Of a stretch of DNA of 64,000 nucleotides, positions 35,601 to 49,860 are shown in pieces. Under the pieces are notes generated by a model, which was not told the DNA's origin, ran no database searches, and was given only the letters and a program-made list of their open reading frames with translations. A program made the translations under genes and the position numbers. The stretch lies in assembly GCA_047495785.1 (NCBI GenBank), contig JBLDXI010000003.1, positions 2,108,001-2,172,000 of the forward strand. Reading direction: 5' to 3'. The first letter of the stretch is position 1. The number at the start of each line of letters is the position of its first letter. The stretch is from Lepidodermella squamata (lineage: Eukaryota; Animalia; Gastrotricha).

Positions 35601-38600
35601 TGTGGTCTTGTTGTGACCTCGGCATTGTGCTTGAGGCTCGATATCGTCTTAAACCTAGAATTGAAGCAGATGGTTGAGCAAATTGAACGAAAATTCGAAA
35701 TTAAATAACAATTTTGGAAAACACGTTCGTAACTCGTCTTAATTGTGCTCAGCAAATCGGAGTTTCCGAAGTTTGACCGGATACTACTGATGCCGTGTTG
35801 GAAAAGATGGTGATAAAGGCGAAATTGTCCTATTATGGAAGGGATTGTGAGGGGAAAGATGTAACAAGCACTTGCAGGCTGCGTCGCCGCAGGCACCTCG
35901 CCGAAAGCCTCCGCCGTCGATTTTTTTTGTTAAAAATCTAGAAGGTCAGCGTGACCAGAGCAGTGATTTAGTGATGAAAACACCTCCTGTTTTGATTTAC
36001 CGCCCCGTAATTTAACTACACACCCAATAGCGAATGATTTATGATCAGATTCGGGAAAAGTCTCGTGATTTTTCGCTAAATCAACAAAACCCTACAGACA
36101 CCAGCATGTTGGCCTTGAGGTTCGAGAGTCCCATGCAAACCTGGCTATTCTGAATGTTGTAGACAATAATTTGAGGTTCATCGACGAAGCTATTTAATTT
36201 CGATCAAATCAGCAATATTGATTTCAAGTATCGATTTTTCAAATCGGTTATTTTTCCGATATCAACCGTCGTTAATTTTTTTACCGTCGCGAAATCGCGA
36301 AAAATCGGAGAAATTTACGACGCTTAATTTAAGTTTTAAGATGGAATTTATTTGGACCAATTATTATGATTTATTGCAAATTAATTTATAAATGAGTTAT
36401 TAAATTGAATTTTTAAATTTTGTTGTGATTTCCTAGATTTGCGAATCCGATCAAAGCCGGTGAAGCCAAAGACGCCGCGATGGAAGACGTGATGCTGATG
36501 AAACGCCGCGTGTCCGTGCTCAACCAGTACCTATCCGGCTTCGTTCACCGCCGCGGTTTCGACCACCTGCGCTCCGTCCTGCCGCCCAAATTCGAATACG
36601 TCCTCCTGTTGCGATCCACCGACGTGCAGTGCCAGCTTTACGAAAACTACCTGCGCGACGTGGTCGGCGTGCCGCAAATCGGCCCTGATCTAGCCGAAGA
36701 AAACGATCAAATCGGGCGACTCCGCAAGCGGTTATTCGCGGACTACTACACGCTTCGCTACATCTGCAGCCACCCCTACCTACTGTACGTAGCTCGCGAG
36801 AAGGCCATCGAAGCCGAGGCGAAGAAACGGGCGAGGAATTACGTCGATGCCGAGAAGGACGATGACGAGGAGGAGGATGGCAGTGATGAGGAACGCGAGG
36901 AGGATGACGAGTTTGCGTATTACGAGGAGGAACCGGTGAAAAAGCGTGGCCGTCCGGTTGCGGCCAGGGCGTCGTCTTCGGCTGCCTCGAACCGGCCTGG
37001 GTCGAGGGCGGCGAATGGCGGTGTTGGTACGGAGGCGAAGACGAAGAAGCGGATGATGCTGGGCCCACCTGAGTGGTTCACGTCGGTCATTGCGAGGGGC
37101 GCCGCGACTACGCCTGATCTTTCAGTCAAAATGACGGTAAGCTTTGAAATTTAAAATTTCTTTTAGAAAAATCGAATTTACCAGATTACGGGTTGTAAAA
37201 TAGGGAAGTAAATCAAAATTCAAAATTCGAAAAATTATATTTCATGAAAATTGTAGGCTACAGCTCCAGATTTAGTGCTAAATCAGCCCCTAAATTTGGG
37301 ATGTACAGCGTGTCCCATAAGTAACAAAAACTATGAAAACACACGGAAAAGGGATCGAAAACATCTGAATTAGAGATCCAAGTCATTTCTCAGAGAAGTC
37401 TAAGTCATTTCTTAAAAAAATTCAATATGCCAGTCAATAGGATTAAAAAAATCCGGATTAATTAGTTCCAACCCGGTAAAATACCGAAAATTACCGAACC
37501 AGCTACTATCGGGGTTTTACGGGATATATCTGGTAAATTTTTTATTTCTTCGTTAAATTCGTGGATGAATGATGGAAAATTCTTCCTGTAGGCTTAATTT
37601 CAAACTAATTCGTCAAATTCGTACAAAAAGTTCAACAATCGAAAAATAGCCGCGCAACTTATAGGACTGTACATCTGCCATGTCAATTTTTTGCAACAAT
37701 TTCTTGAAATGCTTCGTGTTTAAAATTGTGTTACATTTTTATCGATGGAATCGTTTAGGGTATTTTCATGCTATTTCTTAATTTCATATTGCTACAATTT
37801 TAGCGATTTATGGACAGCATTTTTACTGAGGTGTCGTGGGCAAACATATTAACTGGATATATTTTTAAAATAAGCTGGCCGATACTTTCAGATACGCTCA
37901 GTTTTCTTCTATTACGGCCGTTTTAGTGCTCCTTTATACTTGTGTTTGCAGTAAAAAGAAGATTAGGCTTAGAGTTAGGTCGAGATTATTACAGATAACC
38001 AATTTGACCGTCTCATCGATTTTAGGGCCCTTGCACCATTTGCGGGAAAAATTGACTACGTTCTCGCAACTTCGTTTTTGCTTTATAAAAACCGAATCCG
38101 GCAGTCATCCGGCATTTATTTTACGCTTCACGTTTCCAGCTCGAATTAAATAGAAAAAATTGTGCAGTCAAAATTTTCAAATAGCTTCTTCATTCATTAT
38201 AATTTACGCGGCCTATTCAGTGCCATTATTCATTTAATGAATTTATGACAAATTTATTAAACAAATTCTAATAATTTTTCCAGGTGTTCATGAATTTGCT
38301 GCGTTCGTTTGAACAAAAAGGCGATAAGGTGCTAGTTTTCAGCCAATCGGTCGTGCTGCTCGATCTCATCGAACTGACCCTCGCCCAGGAGAACCGAAGC
38401 CGAGCCGTCAATGGCTCCGAGCTGCGCTTCCCGAACTGGGAACCCGACATGGACTACTTCCGCATCGACGGCAGCGTGCCAGTCTCAGCACGCAGTGACC
38501 TGATCCGCCGTTTCAATTCGTCATTCAACGACCGATCTCGGCTGTTTCTGATTTCAACCCGAGCCGGCGGTATCGGCATCAACTTGACCGCTGCGAATCG

Positions 38601-40359
38601 CTGCATCGTTTTCGACGCGAGTTGGAACCCGTGCAACGACATTCAAGCCCTGTTTCGAGCCTACCGCATCGGCCAACAGCGGCCGGTTTTCATCTACCGC
38701 CTCATTTCAGCCGGCACAATGGAAGAAAAAATCTACGATCGTCAAATTCAAAAACAGGTAAAGAAAAAATCTTCCTTAACGATTTTTATTTATTTTTATT
38801 TATCATTTTTCAAATTCTATCGCAATTAACCAGATCTAGTGGAGATAATTCGTTTTTGAATATCTCACAGAAATCAATTAAATCAATAGAAATTTCGAAA
38901 TATCGCTTATTTTCGCATCAACTGTTCGGCTGTTCGAATTTTCAGCGGCTCACTTTTTGAATGAATTTGTCCAAAACTGAATTTTCAAATTTTTGTTCAA
39001 GATTACGGATTATGGTACTGCCTGAAAAATTATTAGCCTCCAATAAATTTCAGATCAGTCATTAAATTACACGATTTCATCCATATCGATTAGAAATAGC
39101 TCTCATTCGATGCACCTTCAATTTCAGAGTCCAATTATTTAGACAGAAATAGATTAGAGAAATAATTGACTTATACTTCAATGTGTTGGTTCGGCTTTTC
39201 AGGTTGAGCGGGCTTTGATTATTATCTTGTTTGTGGGCTGTACGGTAATAATTTATTCCATATTGCAACAAAGTTCTTATAAAATAATGCGTGATTTTTC
39301 TTTCAAGGCCTGATCATCATTTTAAGGTTCAAAGTAGCGGCTGGCGGCGTAATCAGAATTTATAGAAATTATTCGAAAATATATTTCTAATATTTCTGAT
39401 TTTCTTTTTACTAGACTTTTTTCAGTCAATTTTTTATTAGGTATTCCTCCTGCTGATTAATGTTATGGCTTCATTTAAATTCATTCTAATTTGAAGTGAT
39501 TAAAATTTTCTCCGTTTTTCATTGTTATTCGGCAGCAGCTTGATTATTTTAGGTTATATAATTTGAATTATTCTCTCCCACATTAATTTTATGAGAATAT
39601 TCCTAATTAATAGTTATATTTTAAAATTTTGTTTACAAATTATTTGTCTTGTTTTAGGCATTGGCGAATCGCGTTGTCGATAAGCAGCAAATCGAGCGTC
39701 ATTTCACTGCGCGCGAGCTCATCGAGCTGTACACATTCCACGCCCGCGAGAACAAAGTCCTGCAGCCCGGCGCGTTCAAGTTCGAAAGTTACCCAGAAGC
39801 CGACGAAGTGCTAACAAATCTGCTCGAAACCTGCAGCCACGTAGTCAAGAAGTACTTCGTCCACGACTCGCTGCTCGAGCACAAGAGTGAGGAAGAGTTG
39901 ACCGAGGCGGAGCGGCTCGAGGCGTGGCTTGAATTCGAACAGCGAGAAAAGGCGAAATTGCTGGCTGAAGCGGCGCAGGGCAGCGATGCGGAACCCGGGT
40001 CAGACGATGAATTCGACGAAATTCAGGCGTATGGCATGAAAAGCCGAGGCGGCATCAGGAAAGGCGGCAGGCGTGGGCGCTACTCAAAGCGCGTTTCAGC
40101 TATGATGAACAGCTTTTTCGGGTCGATCGACTCAGCCGCCGGGACTTCGGGTGCGGCGTCTCAGCTTTCAGCCGCTGAATTGGCCGCGAGATTGGCCCCA
40201 TCAACGGTTCAGATTCACCCTGGATCGTCTTACTACCCGTTGAATCCGGCTTTGGCTGCGCAGAATGGCATGATTCCGAACCTTGGCGTGGAAATGGGCC
40301 CGGTTTACGAAGATGACGAAGATGAAGATGATGAGGAGTACGAAGATGAAGATTTGTAA
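31681..40359 (+). CDS. ATRX: ATRX/XNP SNF2-family chromatin remodeller lacking an ADD domain
   Basis: Exons 31681-31689, 32612-33957, 36437-37136, 38284-38757 and 39658-40359. ATRX-type motifs: GSGCLIAHCMGLGKTL, DPGPDLVVCDEGH, LTGTPLQNNLMEY, FDASWNP, QALFRAYRIGQ and DSLLEHKSEEELTEAERLEAW. Confidence 0.9.
37305..37672 (-). mobile_element. Tc1/mariner-type MITE, copy 3 (ATRX intron)
   Basis: TACAGCGTGTCCCATAAGTAA is the reverse complement of the 25174 end of copy 2. The internal CCGAAAATTACCGAAC motif is shared. Confidence 0.65.
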
Positions 40360-41144
40360 ATTTGCGTCTTTTCAAAGATGAATTGCTTTGTTGTATTTAC
40401 TCAAACTCGTTATGTTGTGTACGTGTTATACCTTACTTTTAAAGCTTCTACGCTTGACAAAACTGCATACTATTGATGTATATAAGTGAATGCTTAATGT
40501 GAAATATTTACTACGTTTGCCTGAAACTGATTTTGCAATAAAGGCATCGTTTTGGGTATCGTGGCGACTTTTTTAAAACCGGGCTTGTGTCGAAGTTGCA
40601 AAAAAATGCAATATTTTTGCGTTTGCTTGCACTGGACAAATAATCGTGGCCTGCATTCACCAAAAATTTGACTACTGCCTGGATATAAATGTTGGACAAC
40701 TTTCGAGGCGCGAAAACATCGATTAGGAATTGATTGATAATTTGTTAAAACACATGAATCAACATCAGCAGTCTAGTAGACTACAAACATGGAACATTTA
40801 AGTAGAACCTCAACTGCCACTTCACACCATTTGCTTATTGATTCATGGTTTGTTTAAATATTAAATGATTAAATTGTGGGTAAATTAGAAAAAATTTGGT
40901 GGCTGTTCGTAACCACCTGAGAACGCAACATGCTGAGATATCCGCTAAATTAGATAAGTGGCGAACCTTTCACACCTTTAATTAACAGAAATCATTCATC
41001 AACGACAGTTTGCACTGGCGAGTTGCCCTGGGTGAGCGTCTTTATTCTTTCGTAAAAACAGGTTTCTTCCTATGAATAATTCAAGTTCGCTCCCGTCGAA
41101 GAAACCGGGTCCATTGCGAATTCGGGTTTTCGTTCTACATCGAA

Positions 41145-44100
41145 ATGTCACAATTTTGGAGGCTGCTGCTGACTATTGGGCTCATCATCCAATTTTGCAG
41201 ATGTGGAAAGCATTTTACAAGAATGGTTGGCATGAAACCGGCCGTTGCGTTACAAGGAGATAATATCTCCAACTATATGATCACATCGTAATAAATAAAC
41301 AAGACTTTCCCACGATGTTTTAATTTGTCATGAAGGTCTGTCATGCAAAGCGAAAATCATTGCGCAGCGTCTTGTGTCTCCACTCAAAACTGCAATTCGG
41401 CTTATTATCGAAAATCAGACAAGATCTGCTTTATGTACTCGGTTTCAGTCACCGCAAATCAGCTGACAACGGATTCGGCAGCATCTGGTGACATAACGTT
41501 CGACTTAGTGTCGAACTCGAACAAGCCGGATGCCAAGGAGAAAGTCCTAGCGAGGACCAAGAAGGCAGTAAAAAATCTGCTAAGCACCATTGCCACGCGT
41601 AAGGAGATAGGAGATGTTTATTCGAAGCTCATTGACCCATTATTATTCGATAATTTTTTAGCTTGCAAGAATCCACTGGCTATGGGTCTGCGATCATGGT
41701 CGTGCTCGGGCGAACTGTGGGACGACAACGGACTAGCGATTCGGAACGAGCAAATCGTCGGAGGAGCCAATCCTCAGACCGCAGCGGGTATTAAGGCAGG
41801 ATTTGGCAGGTTATGCCTCGGGGCGGATGTTTGGTCAAACACTACTAGGTTCTATTATGCTGGTACATCAACAAGTTACCCTGCTTCATTCTATCAGGCC
41901 AGAATCTTTCATCTTTAGGGATGTTGTTTTTATTTTAAAGCTTTTCCCGCTAGGTTTCTTTTGATACTTTCACTTGGCTGCACTACATCGACTTGAAACC
42001 ATTCGGATGGACTTTCACCTCATCCATAGCATACAGCCTCGACGGCAATACTTGGCAGGACTACTTATCACCGGCAGGAGATGTTGTCATATTCTCTCAT
42101 ACCACGCCTTATTCAAACACTGGCCCGACTATCCGACTAAATCTCTGGAAACCTGTCATCGTGCACCACGTTCGATTTTACCCAAGAACATGGATAAATT
42201 CTGATTGGGGAATCCAAATTGAGTACTACGGCTGCCCTGCACTTTGCCGAGGTGAGTTTTTTGAGCCGCGATTGTTTTCAAAACTAATTTTCAAAATCTC
42301 GAAGCTCCGCTCGGCATTGAAGCGATGGAGCTTGCTGATAACCAATTTTCGCAATCTTCAGCGGACAACAACAATCGCACAGCCCAGTTCGCTAACCTGA
42401 TGAACCCGTGGCATGGATGGCAAGCAGCTAGTGCGGGCCCATTCGAGTGGATACAAGTTGATCTACTGAAAAACTTTATTGTTAGGATTTTTGAATAGAG
42501 CAAAGAAAGCATCGTCAACCATCTATTTTATATCAGGTCACTGGTATTTCAACGATGCTATCAAGGCCTAATGCCCAGGGGTTGAAAGGGGCGACTCAGT
42601 TCAGCTTAAAATTCTGTTCAGAACCGAATTGCGGCCAGACCTGGCAAAATGTTCGAAGAACCGGAGCGGCTGAAGGCACCTTTCAGGTTTGCGTACTCCA
42701 ATTGTATAAAAGTTTTTCCCACAATTCTTTTCAGATGTTTTCGAGCGCTAACTCGGGTGATAGCATTACGACGGCGTTTTTCGATGCTCCTATAATCGCA
42801 AGGATGGTTCGTTTGAATGTATTACAGTCAACAACGGTTGCTGGAATTAGATGGGAACTGCTTGGCTGTCGAGGTAATTGAATCTCTAATTTCGACCGGT
42901 TCGAGCAAGAAAACATTTTGCAGAAATTCCGTCGATGCTGCTTAGCACCCCTGATCTAGCGAAGGGGAATCCAGTTACATCCTCGTCCGCTTCGGTGTTT
43001 GGCAGAATGATTCCTACCAATGGAAAACTAACAGATCAACCGAATCGTGACGCACAAGGCAGACTGCGATCTTGTGTTCGTCTTGATCCGGATCTGAACA
43101 ACCCATCTTACGTCACAATCGACCTTGGATCAACTCAGTCCATCACTGATGTCGTAATAACTCCGCCGCGGATGTACTCTGCCCTCGAGCCGTCTGGTTT
43201 GTGGCTCTTCGATGCTATAACCATGGCGAACGATCTGAGTGGTCAAGGTACCGACGGGGTTGTTTCGCCCTCAGTCGAGCTGGTAACAGGTCCTTTCGGA
43301 AAACCGAAAACTGCTTTTCGACTCCCACCAACAGCTCTAACTGCATCAGTGGTTATTCCAAAGGCTGCACCCACTGCCGCTTTTCACTCAGCAACAAGTG
43401 ATTTTTCTGTCTTTTTCTGGCTTTACATCGCTGGGACATCATGGCCATCTGCAGCCACTGTACTAATTCAGTTCAATTACGATGACGTCGTAGGGTAATT
43501 CGAAAGGTAGAGTGATATTCGCAAACATTTCTATTGCGTTTCTTTCACAGGTTTTACGGAATTAGTGCAGGGCCATTGGCTAATGGATCTCAATACATTT
43601 TGTACACGTACAAGACAAATGTTGTAGCTTCTTACGTACCGCTAGAAGTCAATCGGTGGTACTTTGTCGGTATCGCATTTGATCGCGCAAGATGTTCGTA
43701 TTAATTATATTTATCCATCAAGTCAAAGCTATTAATAATAATATTACTATTATCCTACAGCGTCTTATCTCATTCTTGCAAATGGGATTGCCGTTGGAGC
43801 TGGCGATATTCCAGCCACATTTTCCAACAATATTTTCACCGATACATCTATAACTTTTGGGCCTTGGATGTCTGGTAATGAGCGGGTGATGGATCGGCGG
43901 ATTGCTTGTGTCCAACTCTATAATCGAAGGTTAACTAAAAGCGAAATGGACGATGCAATGCTGTGCCCATGGCAATGTGATTAACTTCTCGGCGTACTTG
44001 AGCTTTTGTATCACCTGATTTGATTTTAGTGCCTAATCCTCTAGTTTTTTGGCCAATGGATTCGAAATATGGACTCAATGACTACATGGGATCTTCCGTT

Positions 44101-47100
44101 ATTGCCACTCAAGGCAGTAGTGTCCAGATCGGCAGCTTTTTGACCGGAGCTGAAAATAACAAGTACCCCAATTCTGCTTTGGTTTTCAATGGCGATAGTA
44201 ACTCTTTTGTGTCCCATTCCAACTCAAATGGCGAGCTTGCGTCACCGTTCGCTTTGACTATCAGTTTCTACGTCATGTGCCAGACTCAAACTACGACACA
44301 ATCGGTTCTTGGCTACCTTCACCCAACAGCCTCACCTCCTGCCTATGCTCTTGGGGTCACTTGCAAAGACGGCCTCTTCAACTTCACCGTGACATGTCGC
44401 AACATGGCTTACACTGGAGTATTCCGGGCTAATATGACATCTAGAGTAATGACTATCCAACGACTGCGCCATATTGCTATCACCTACCACTATGCAACAG
44501 GCCAGTTTGCTGTCTACCATGAGGCTAATCTTGCAATGTTGAGGCAGCTCCCACAAGGCTGTGAGCTGGAGACATCGGGACAGTTTAGAATCGGATCTTT
44601 GCCATCTTCATCGACGCTGACATTGAACGATCGTGTTGCTTGTGTCCAGATTTACAACCAAGCGTTGACGAGTCGCGAAATCCAACAGATTTCCCGCTGC
44701 CCAATCTATGGGCTTCGACCTGTTCTAACGTGGACGACCGATATGGTCTATCGATTCACGCAGTGGTTCACTGATGAACCGGCAGCTACAACAGGCGATC
44801 AAGTTTCTTTTGCTGGCCCTTACACCTATTGGGGTGGATCTGTCTCTGCACCAATGCGATCACATGCTTTCCCAAGTGGAGCAGTAGTCTATCAACCAAA
44901 CGCTATCAGCCAGACTAGCCAAATGCTGAGAACGGGGGCTTTCACGGTGATGCAATGGATATGGCTTACGGCTACGCCTTCCAGCACATCTTACGTTCTA
45001 GCTACAAAAACAGCTGCTGGCATTGCGCACATACTATTCTCCATCACAACTAGCCGAATATTGTAAGTTTATGATGCGACTAGGTTCAATTAAGAAAAGC
45101 CTCTTTCGTTTCTCTTAGCATCGGTCAGTTTCAATGCCCTGGCGGAGGCACCTTCCAAGTTTCATGGAGCAGCGCCGTGAACGTGAGTACCTGGAATCAC
45201 TACGCCATGGCATACGACAACGTCACAGCGTCATTGCAACTTTTCGTCAATGGAATATCAGTTGCAACGACAACAAGTGCGAATTGTGCGGACATCTCGA
45301 CGACCACAGGTTATCGCATTGGCGGCACTGATTACGTTGGAGGTGGCTCGCCTGGTCATGCTACCAGCTGTTTTTATGTCTTTAACGTTTCAATGAACAG
45401 CAATGCCATTCAGCATGTGATGAATGGCTGCCCATCAAAAGTTGAAAGTCTGATTTTTTTACGAATTTAGACACTGCCATCAAATTAATTTTTAGTTTCT
45501 CCAAGCGCCTGTGAGTATCAATTGACCCAATCGGAGGACTGGGTAACAATGGTTTTGCCAAACCCATGCAGTAGTAGCCAACAGCCAACTGTAGACAGCC
45601 CTTGTAGGTTGCGCTTGAATCATCAGCCTTATGAAATAGTTTTGCTACTTCAGGTTTCTGGCGAAGTGGCGGAAATTTCGAGATATCATTTAATCACGAT
45701 TTTGAAATCAGGTCGATTCTCACCTCGGGGAACCCAAGCGCGAATGAATGGGTCACTTCGTTCACGCTCAAAGTTTACTCTGGCCCGAACTTGGCCACGA
45801 ATTTCAGAGATGATATGTACAGAATCAAGGACCCGAATGGAGCTGACATGGTAGTTTTTATCGTTTGAAATCATGCCATTTAGTTTCAGCAACTCACATT
45901 GTTTCAAAGATCTTTGGTGGAAACTACGATCGCAACACTGTTGTCGAAAACCGGCTTCCGTTTCCAGTACGAGCGCGTTACATGATTTTTGAGCCCGTAA
46001 CTGTCAACAGTGTGGCAGCTGCTCGATTCGGTTTCAAAGGCTGCAAAGGTTCAGAAAATTATTCACGTTTCGCCTATGATTCATTCTGTTCTTACAGTTC
46101 GAACCTGCAACCGTCGTCTGATATACTCGACAGTCTACGATGCAATCACAGTCAGTCACTTTGACGCTAACTGCAATAGCTTTAAGTCAAGCTTGATCGA
46201 GGCTGGGGGCTTATGGTCATTCACAATTACTGACCCATTCGAGTCGATAAACGAAATCTTCATGCAAATCACCTTTGGGTACATTGCTAGAGTCACAAGG
46301 CTGCAAACGCGAGGGAGTAACGATACTTGCTCGAAACCTGGCTGGGTCACTCGATTTCGTCTGGGCTACAGCTTCGACAACAATCAATGGCTGATGCTGA
46401 AAAGCGAGAATGGCTTCGTTCAGAATTTCGCGGCAAATACTGACAAAACCACGATTGTAGAGGTGCCTCTTCGTAACCCTCTCGTTGGCCGTTTCATGCG
46501 AATTTACCCCACCGGCTATGCGAATGGTAATATCGCCATGGCAGTCAGAGTTTACGGCTGCGCCCTTGACGACATGGACGCCCCTTTCCCAGCCATCGAT
46601 GTGACATTTGGGAACAATACAGTGACAAACGCAGCTTCAGCTTTGACGAATCCCAGAATAGCAAGAACGATGACTCAGGGTGAACTAATGGACCGCACGC
46701 CTATAAGGCTAACGGTTAATCCATACTCGAATCCTGGCCGGTACCTTACAATTCTATCTGCCTATAAGAACGTTGGTTTCGACATCTGCCAAGTCGAGGC
46801 TTATAACAGCCCATGTAACTACTTGGTGATAGTAAACTCATAGATCTAATGGTTTCTTTCAGCTATCAACTTCGCGCTGAATAGAAAAGTCATCTTAGCG
46901 CCCAATTCGCATGCTTCGGCTGAGCGGACGAAGCACAGAGCGACTGATGGCGTTACAGCTGCAAACGAAGCTTCTTCAACAGGTAAGGTCAATTTGTATA
47001 ACCATTCACTCAGCTGATGCTTCAACTTATCCGCAGGCCAAGTATGCACTATTGGTTCTCCTGTTGTTCCACCCTTGGAGATGCCAAGCAGTGATTTCCA

Positions 47101-48037
47101 CGATCAAGTTCCGGCTGGAATGGCACGAACCACCCCTCCATCCTCTTGCACCGGATCAGTCGTTCAATGGGAGCTGGTCATGAGAACAATCGTTCTCTCT
47201 CGACGTCGGCAATTTGGTACCTCTATGGCCACCCCAGGGACATGCTATTTGCATAATTACCAAAACTTGAGCAGCACTTCGATGCAGCTGAAATCAAGTC
47301 TGAACATTCCTATTCATGCACCAAGTGGCGCACTGCGCCGGAGATACCTGTTTGTCTCAATGTCCACTTTATAGCCTTGGGTTTACTTAATATTTTACAG
47401 AGAATTCAGTGCCTCGGCTGCCATGAATGTGAGCAACGGAGATATTCCCGGCTTCTATCATGGAGCTACGAATATTCTGTATTGCGGCATCAGCTTTATT
47501 GGCGAATTCCACGGGTGGAATCCTTCGGTGGCTACGTCTGGACCGTTACCATGGAGTTTACCGATGTCGATTGATACTTCGATTGGAAGTGTGGTCGATG
47601 TCACTTCCAACGGTTCTTTTACTACGGGTTATCGCTACCAACTTGCGAGAGGATACGTCATAGGTTTGATTTTGACTCAACTTTTGAGTCGATATAATAC
47701 CATTTGCTCTTCACCAGATCCAACAGCTGAAATGTGGATAGCTGTTGATATGGGACTGGCAAGCGTTGTATCCAGAGTGTTAGTCTACATTGCTACGGAT
47801 CGTTACGGTTACAGTTTGACGAACACTGAACTGCGGGTTGGAAGTTCCTTGGTCGATATTGCGAAAACAAGTCAACTGTGCGATGTAGTGCTACCACTCA
47901 TGGAATACGACTATCGATATGCAAGTCGTCCTTACGAGCTGTTCTGCCTGCAGCCGGCTTACGGGCGTTACGTGATTTTAAGGAGGGCAACTCCTGGATT
48001 ACTACCGGTGGCCGAGATCATTGTTTACCCAGTTTGA
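41145..48037 (+). CDS. Large secreted mosaic lectin-like protein, copy A: signal peptide, PAN/apple, F5/8-C (discoidin), LamG/ConA-like and F-type-lectin domains
   Basis: Signal MSQFWRLLLTIGLIIQFCRCG. PAN motif CAASCVSTQNCNSAYY...CFMY. Discoidin motifs WIQVDL, RFYPRTW...IEYYGC and QTRG...WVTRFRLGYS. LamG motifs WNHYAMAYD...LFVNG and VQIYNQAL. F-type lectin motif MWIAVDMG...GRYVILRR...AEIIVY. Many ~50-80-nt introns. Confidence 0.85.
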
Positions 48038-48849
48038 ATGCAAAAAGAGCAAAGAAACTAAACGCAAACCCAGTGAGACTAAACCAAGCCAAATTTATTG
48101 ACTATCATTATTTGATCACCATGGCATACAATGGCAATAGTTACAGTAATGTGATGTAGCATGCATGGTGTGGCTGATTTATTAGTTGGCTTTAGAAAGT
48201 CCATATGACGTTATCACAAATTCCCTTTCGATGATTCGAAATATAATTGAATTGCGACAGACTTCACAATACCCCACAATGCAAGCGCCCCGCGTAGATA
48301 AATCATCTGCGCGCCAATCAAGGCTTCTCTGAATTTCTTCGATATGAAAACGACTTCGCGAGGAATAAATACTCCCCAGTAAATCTTACGCTTTTGTTAT
48401 GGCAACACAAAATTCCTCAAGGGTCCATTCAGCCGCTTGTGTCGTGTATTCAAACTGCTGCCCTTATACACACCTTAGCCATAGTCAAATTTCCCATTTC
48501 ACCTTATACTTCGATCAACATCGCAACTTTATTACATAATTACACAGGACACAGCTACATCTTACAAGCCGCGAGAAGTATAACAGATAGATCAATTTAC
48601 ATCAGGTAAAGACTATAGGCATTTGTTACGCTGATTTTTTTTACAAAGATTCGATTTTTGCTAAACATGAGCTGGCACGTTTCGGCGACATTAATAATAT
48701 AGTATTACAAAACAGCGCACTGGCTTCCCTATCCAAAGTTTACGTATATTTTCAATTCAGGCTCAGGTGATACAAAAACTGTTCACATTAGCAAATTTTG
48801 CATGCTGCTAAACTGCTATTCCAATGCATAGATTGATACCCAACATAGC

Positions 48850-49860
48850 GCGCATCAAGGGCCGCCTAAAGTATCAACAACTGGAACGAATGAAATCCTG
48901 AACCTTCCAATGCTTACAATTCTCGACAAGAGCGCCTGTTGATCACGCTTAGAAGATAGATTTGTCAGAATGATCTCATAGACCGTGATGGCTGCTACGG
49001 CAGTAGATAGCATGAGAACGTAATTCGTGTATAGCAGCTGTTTCGAGGTTGTTTTAAGCGCATACACTCTTCGAATCGCTACAAAATCGCTACCCAATCC
49101 CGTCAACGAGTATAGAATCTTTTTGTAAGAAGCTTCGCGCAACCCCGGAACTGGGACATTCTTGAAGCAATCGTATGCAGTCGTCAATTCGTTGGCTTGG
49201 AAATGAGGCGGCTAGGCGTCACCGAGACGTCCTCTTCCAAAAGCGATTGAAGGCGAGTTTCACAAACCCAGTTTCATAACGCGCACCAGTCTGCGGATGA
49301 CGAAAACAGCGATGTAAGAAAGCACCTCGTCCGATATTATGGAAAACACCCGTTGGCTGTCCAATGCCTGCCCCAGCATGCTATCAATGAGTTCCAACTC
49401 CTCCCAAGATCCCAATTCATCATCTTCATCAGCATCTACTGCAACCTAAGGAATAACTTGCGCAACAATTTCATACAATGCGAGGCATCCTGCGACCAGT
49501 AAACGCTGTCGTCGGTAGCCGCCGGGTATTCGGTGTAAATGCTGGAGGGAATGAAGGGAGCCTTAGAGCCAAAAGTCTCCATCGTTTTCACATTTGCCCG
49601 CAGTAGTCGTCAGCCTGGCGAATTTTTGTTTCGTCAGTGCAACTTTGGCAATCTGATCCAAAACCGCCGAGCCCATCTCGCCGTATGCCTTCCATTTTTC
49701 AGTCATTAGAGCGATTTGCTTCTGCAGGTTGGATTCTTCATCCATTTTCCTCGCCAATTAAGCTCGGAAGTAGTTCAGCTTTCGTAGATCCTTCGCTGCT
49801 CTGGCTCGTTCCTTCTTAGCTCGCAATTGCGCCTTGCGGGCAGCAGAAATACCCTTGCCA
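48850..49860 (-). pseudogene. Heavily decayed coding remnant, possibly a hAT transposase
   Basis: Broken frames give PNTRR..., LVAGCLALYEIV and DELGSWEELELIDSMLGQALDSQRVFS, loosely like the hAT TRW and L..W..L..I region. Many stops. Confidence 0.3.

Noticed and set aside
32608-37129. Long antisense or alternative-frame ORFs over ATRX exons (e.g. 33449-33898, 36520-37068)
   Set aside because: These are shadow ORFs of GC-rich coding exons.
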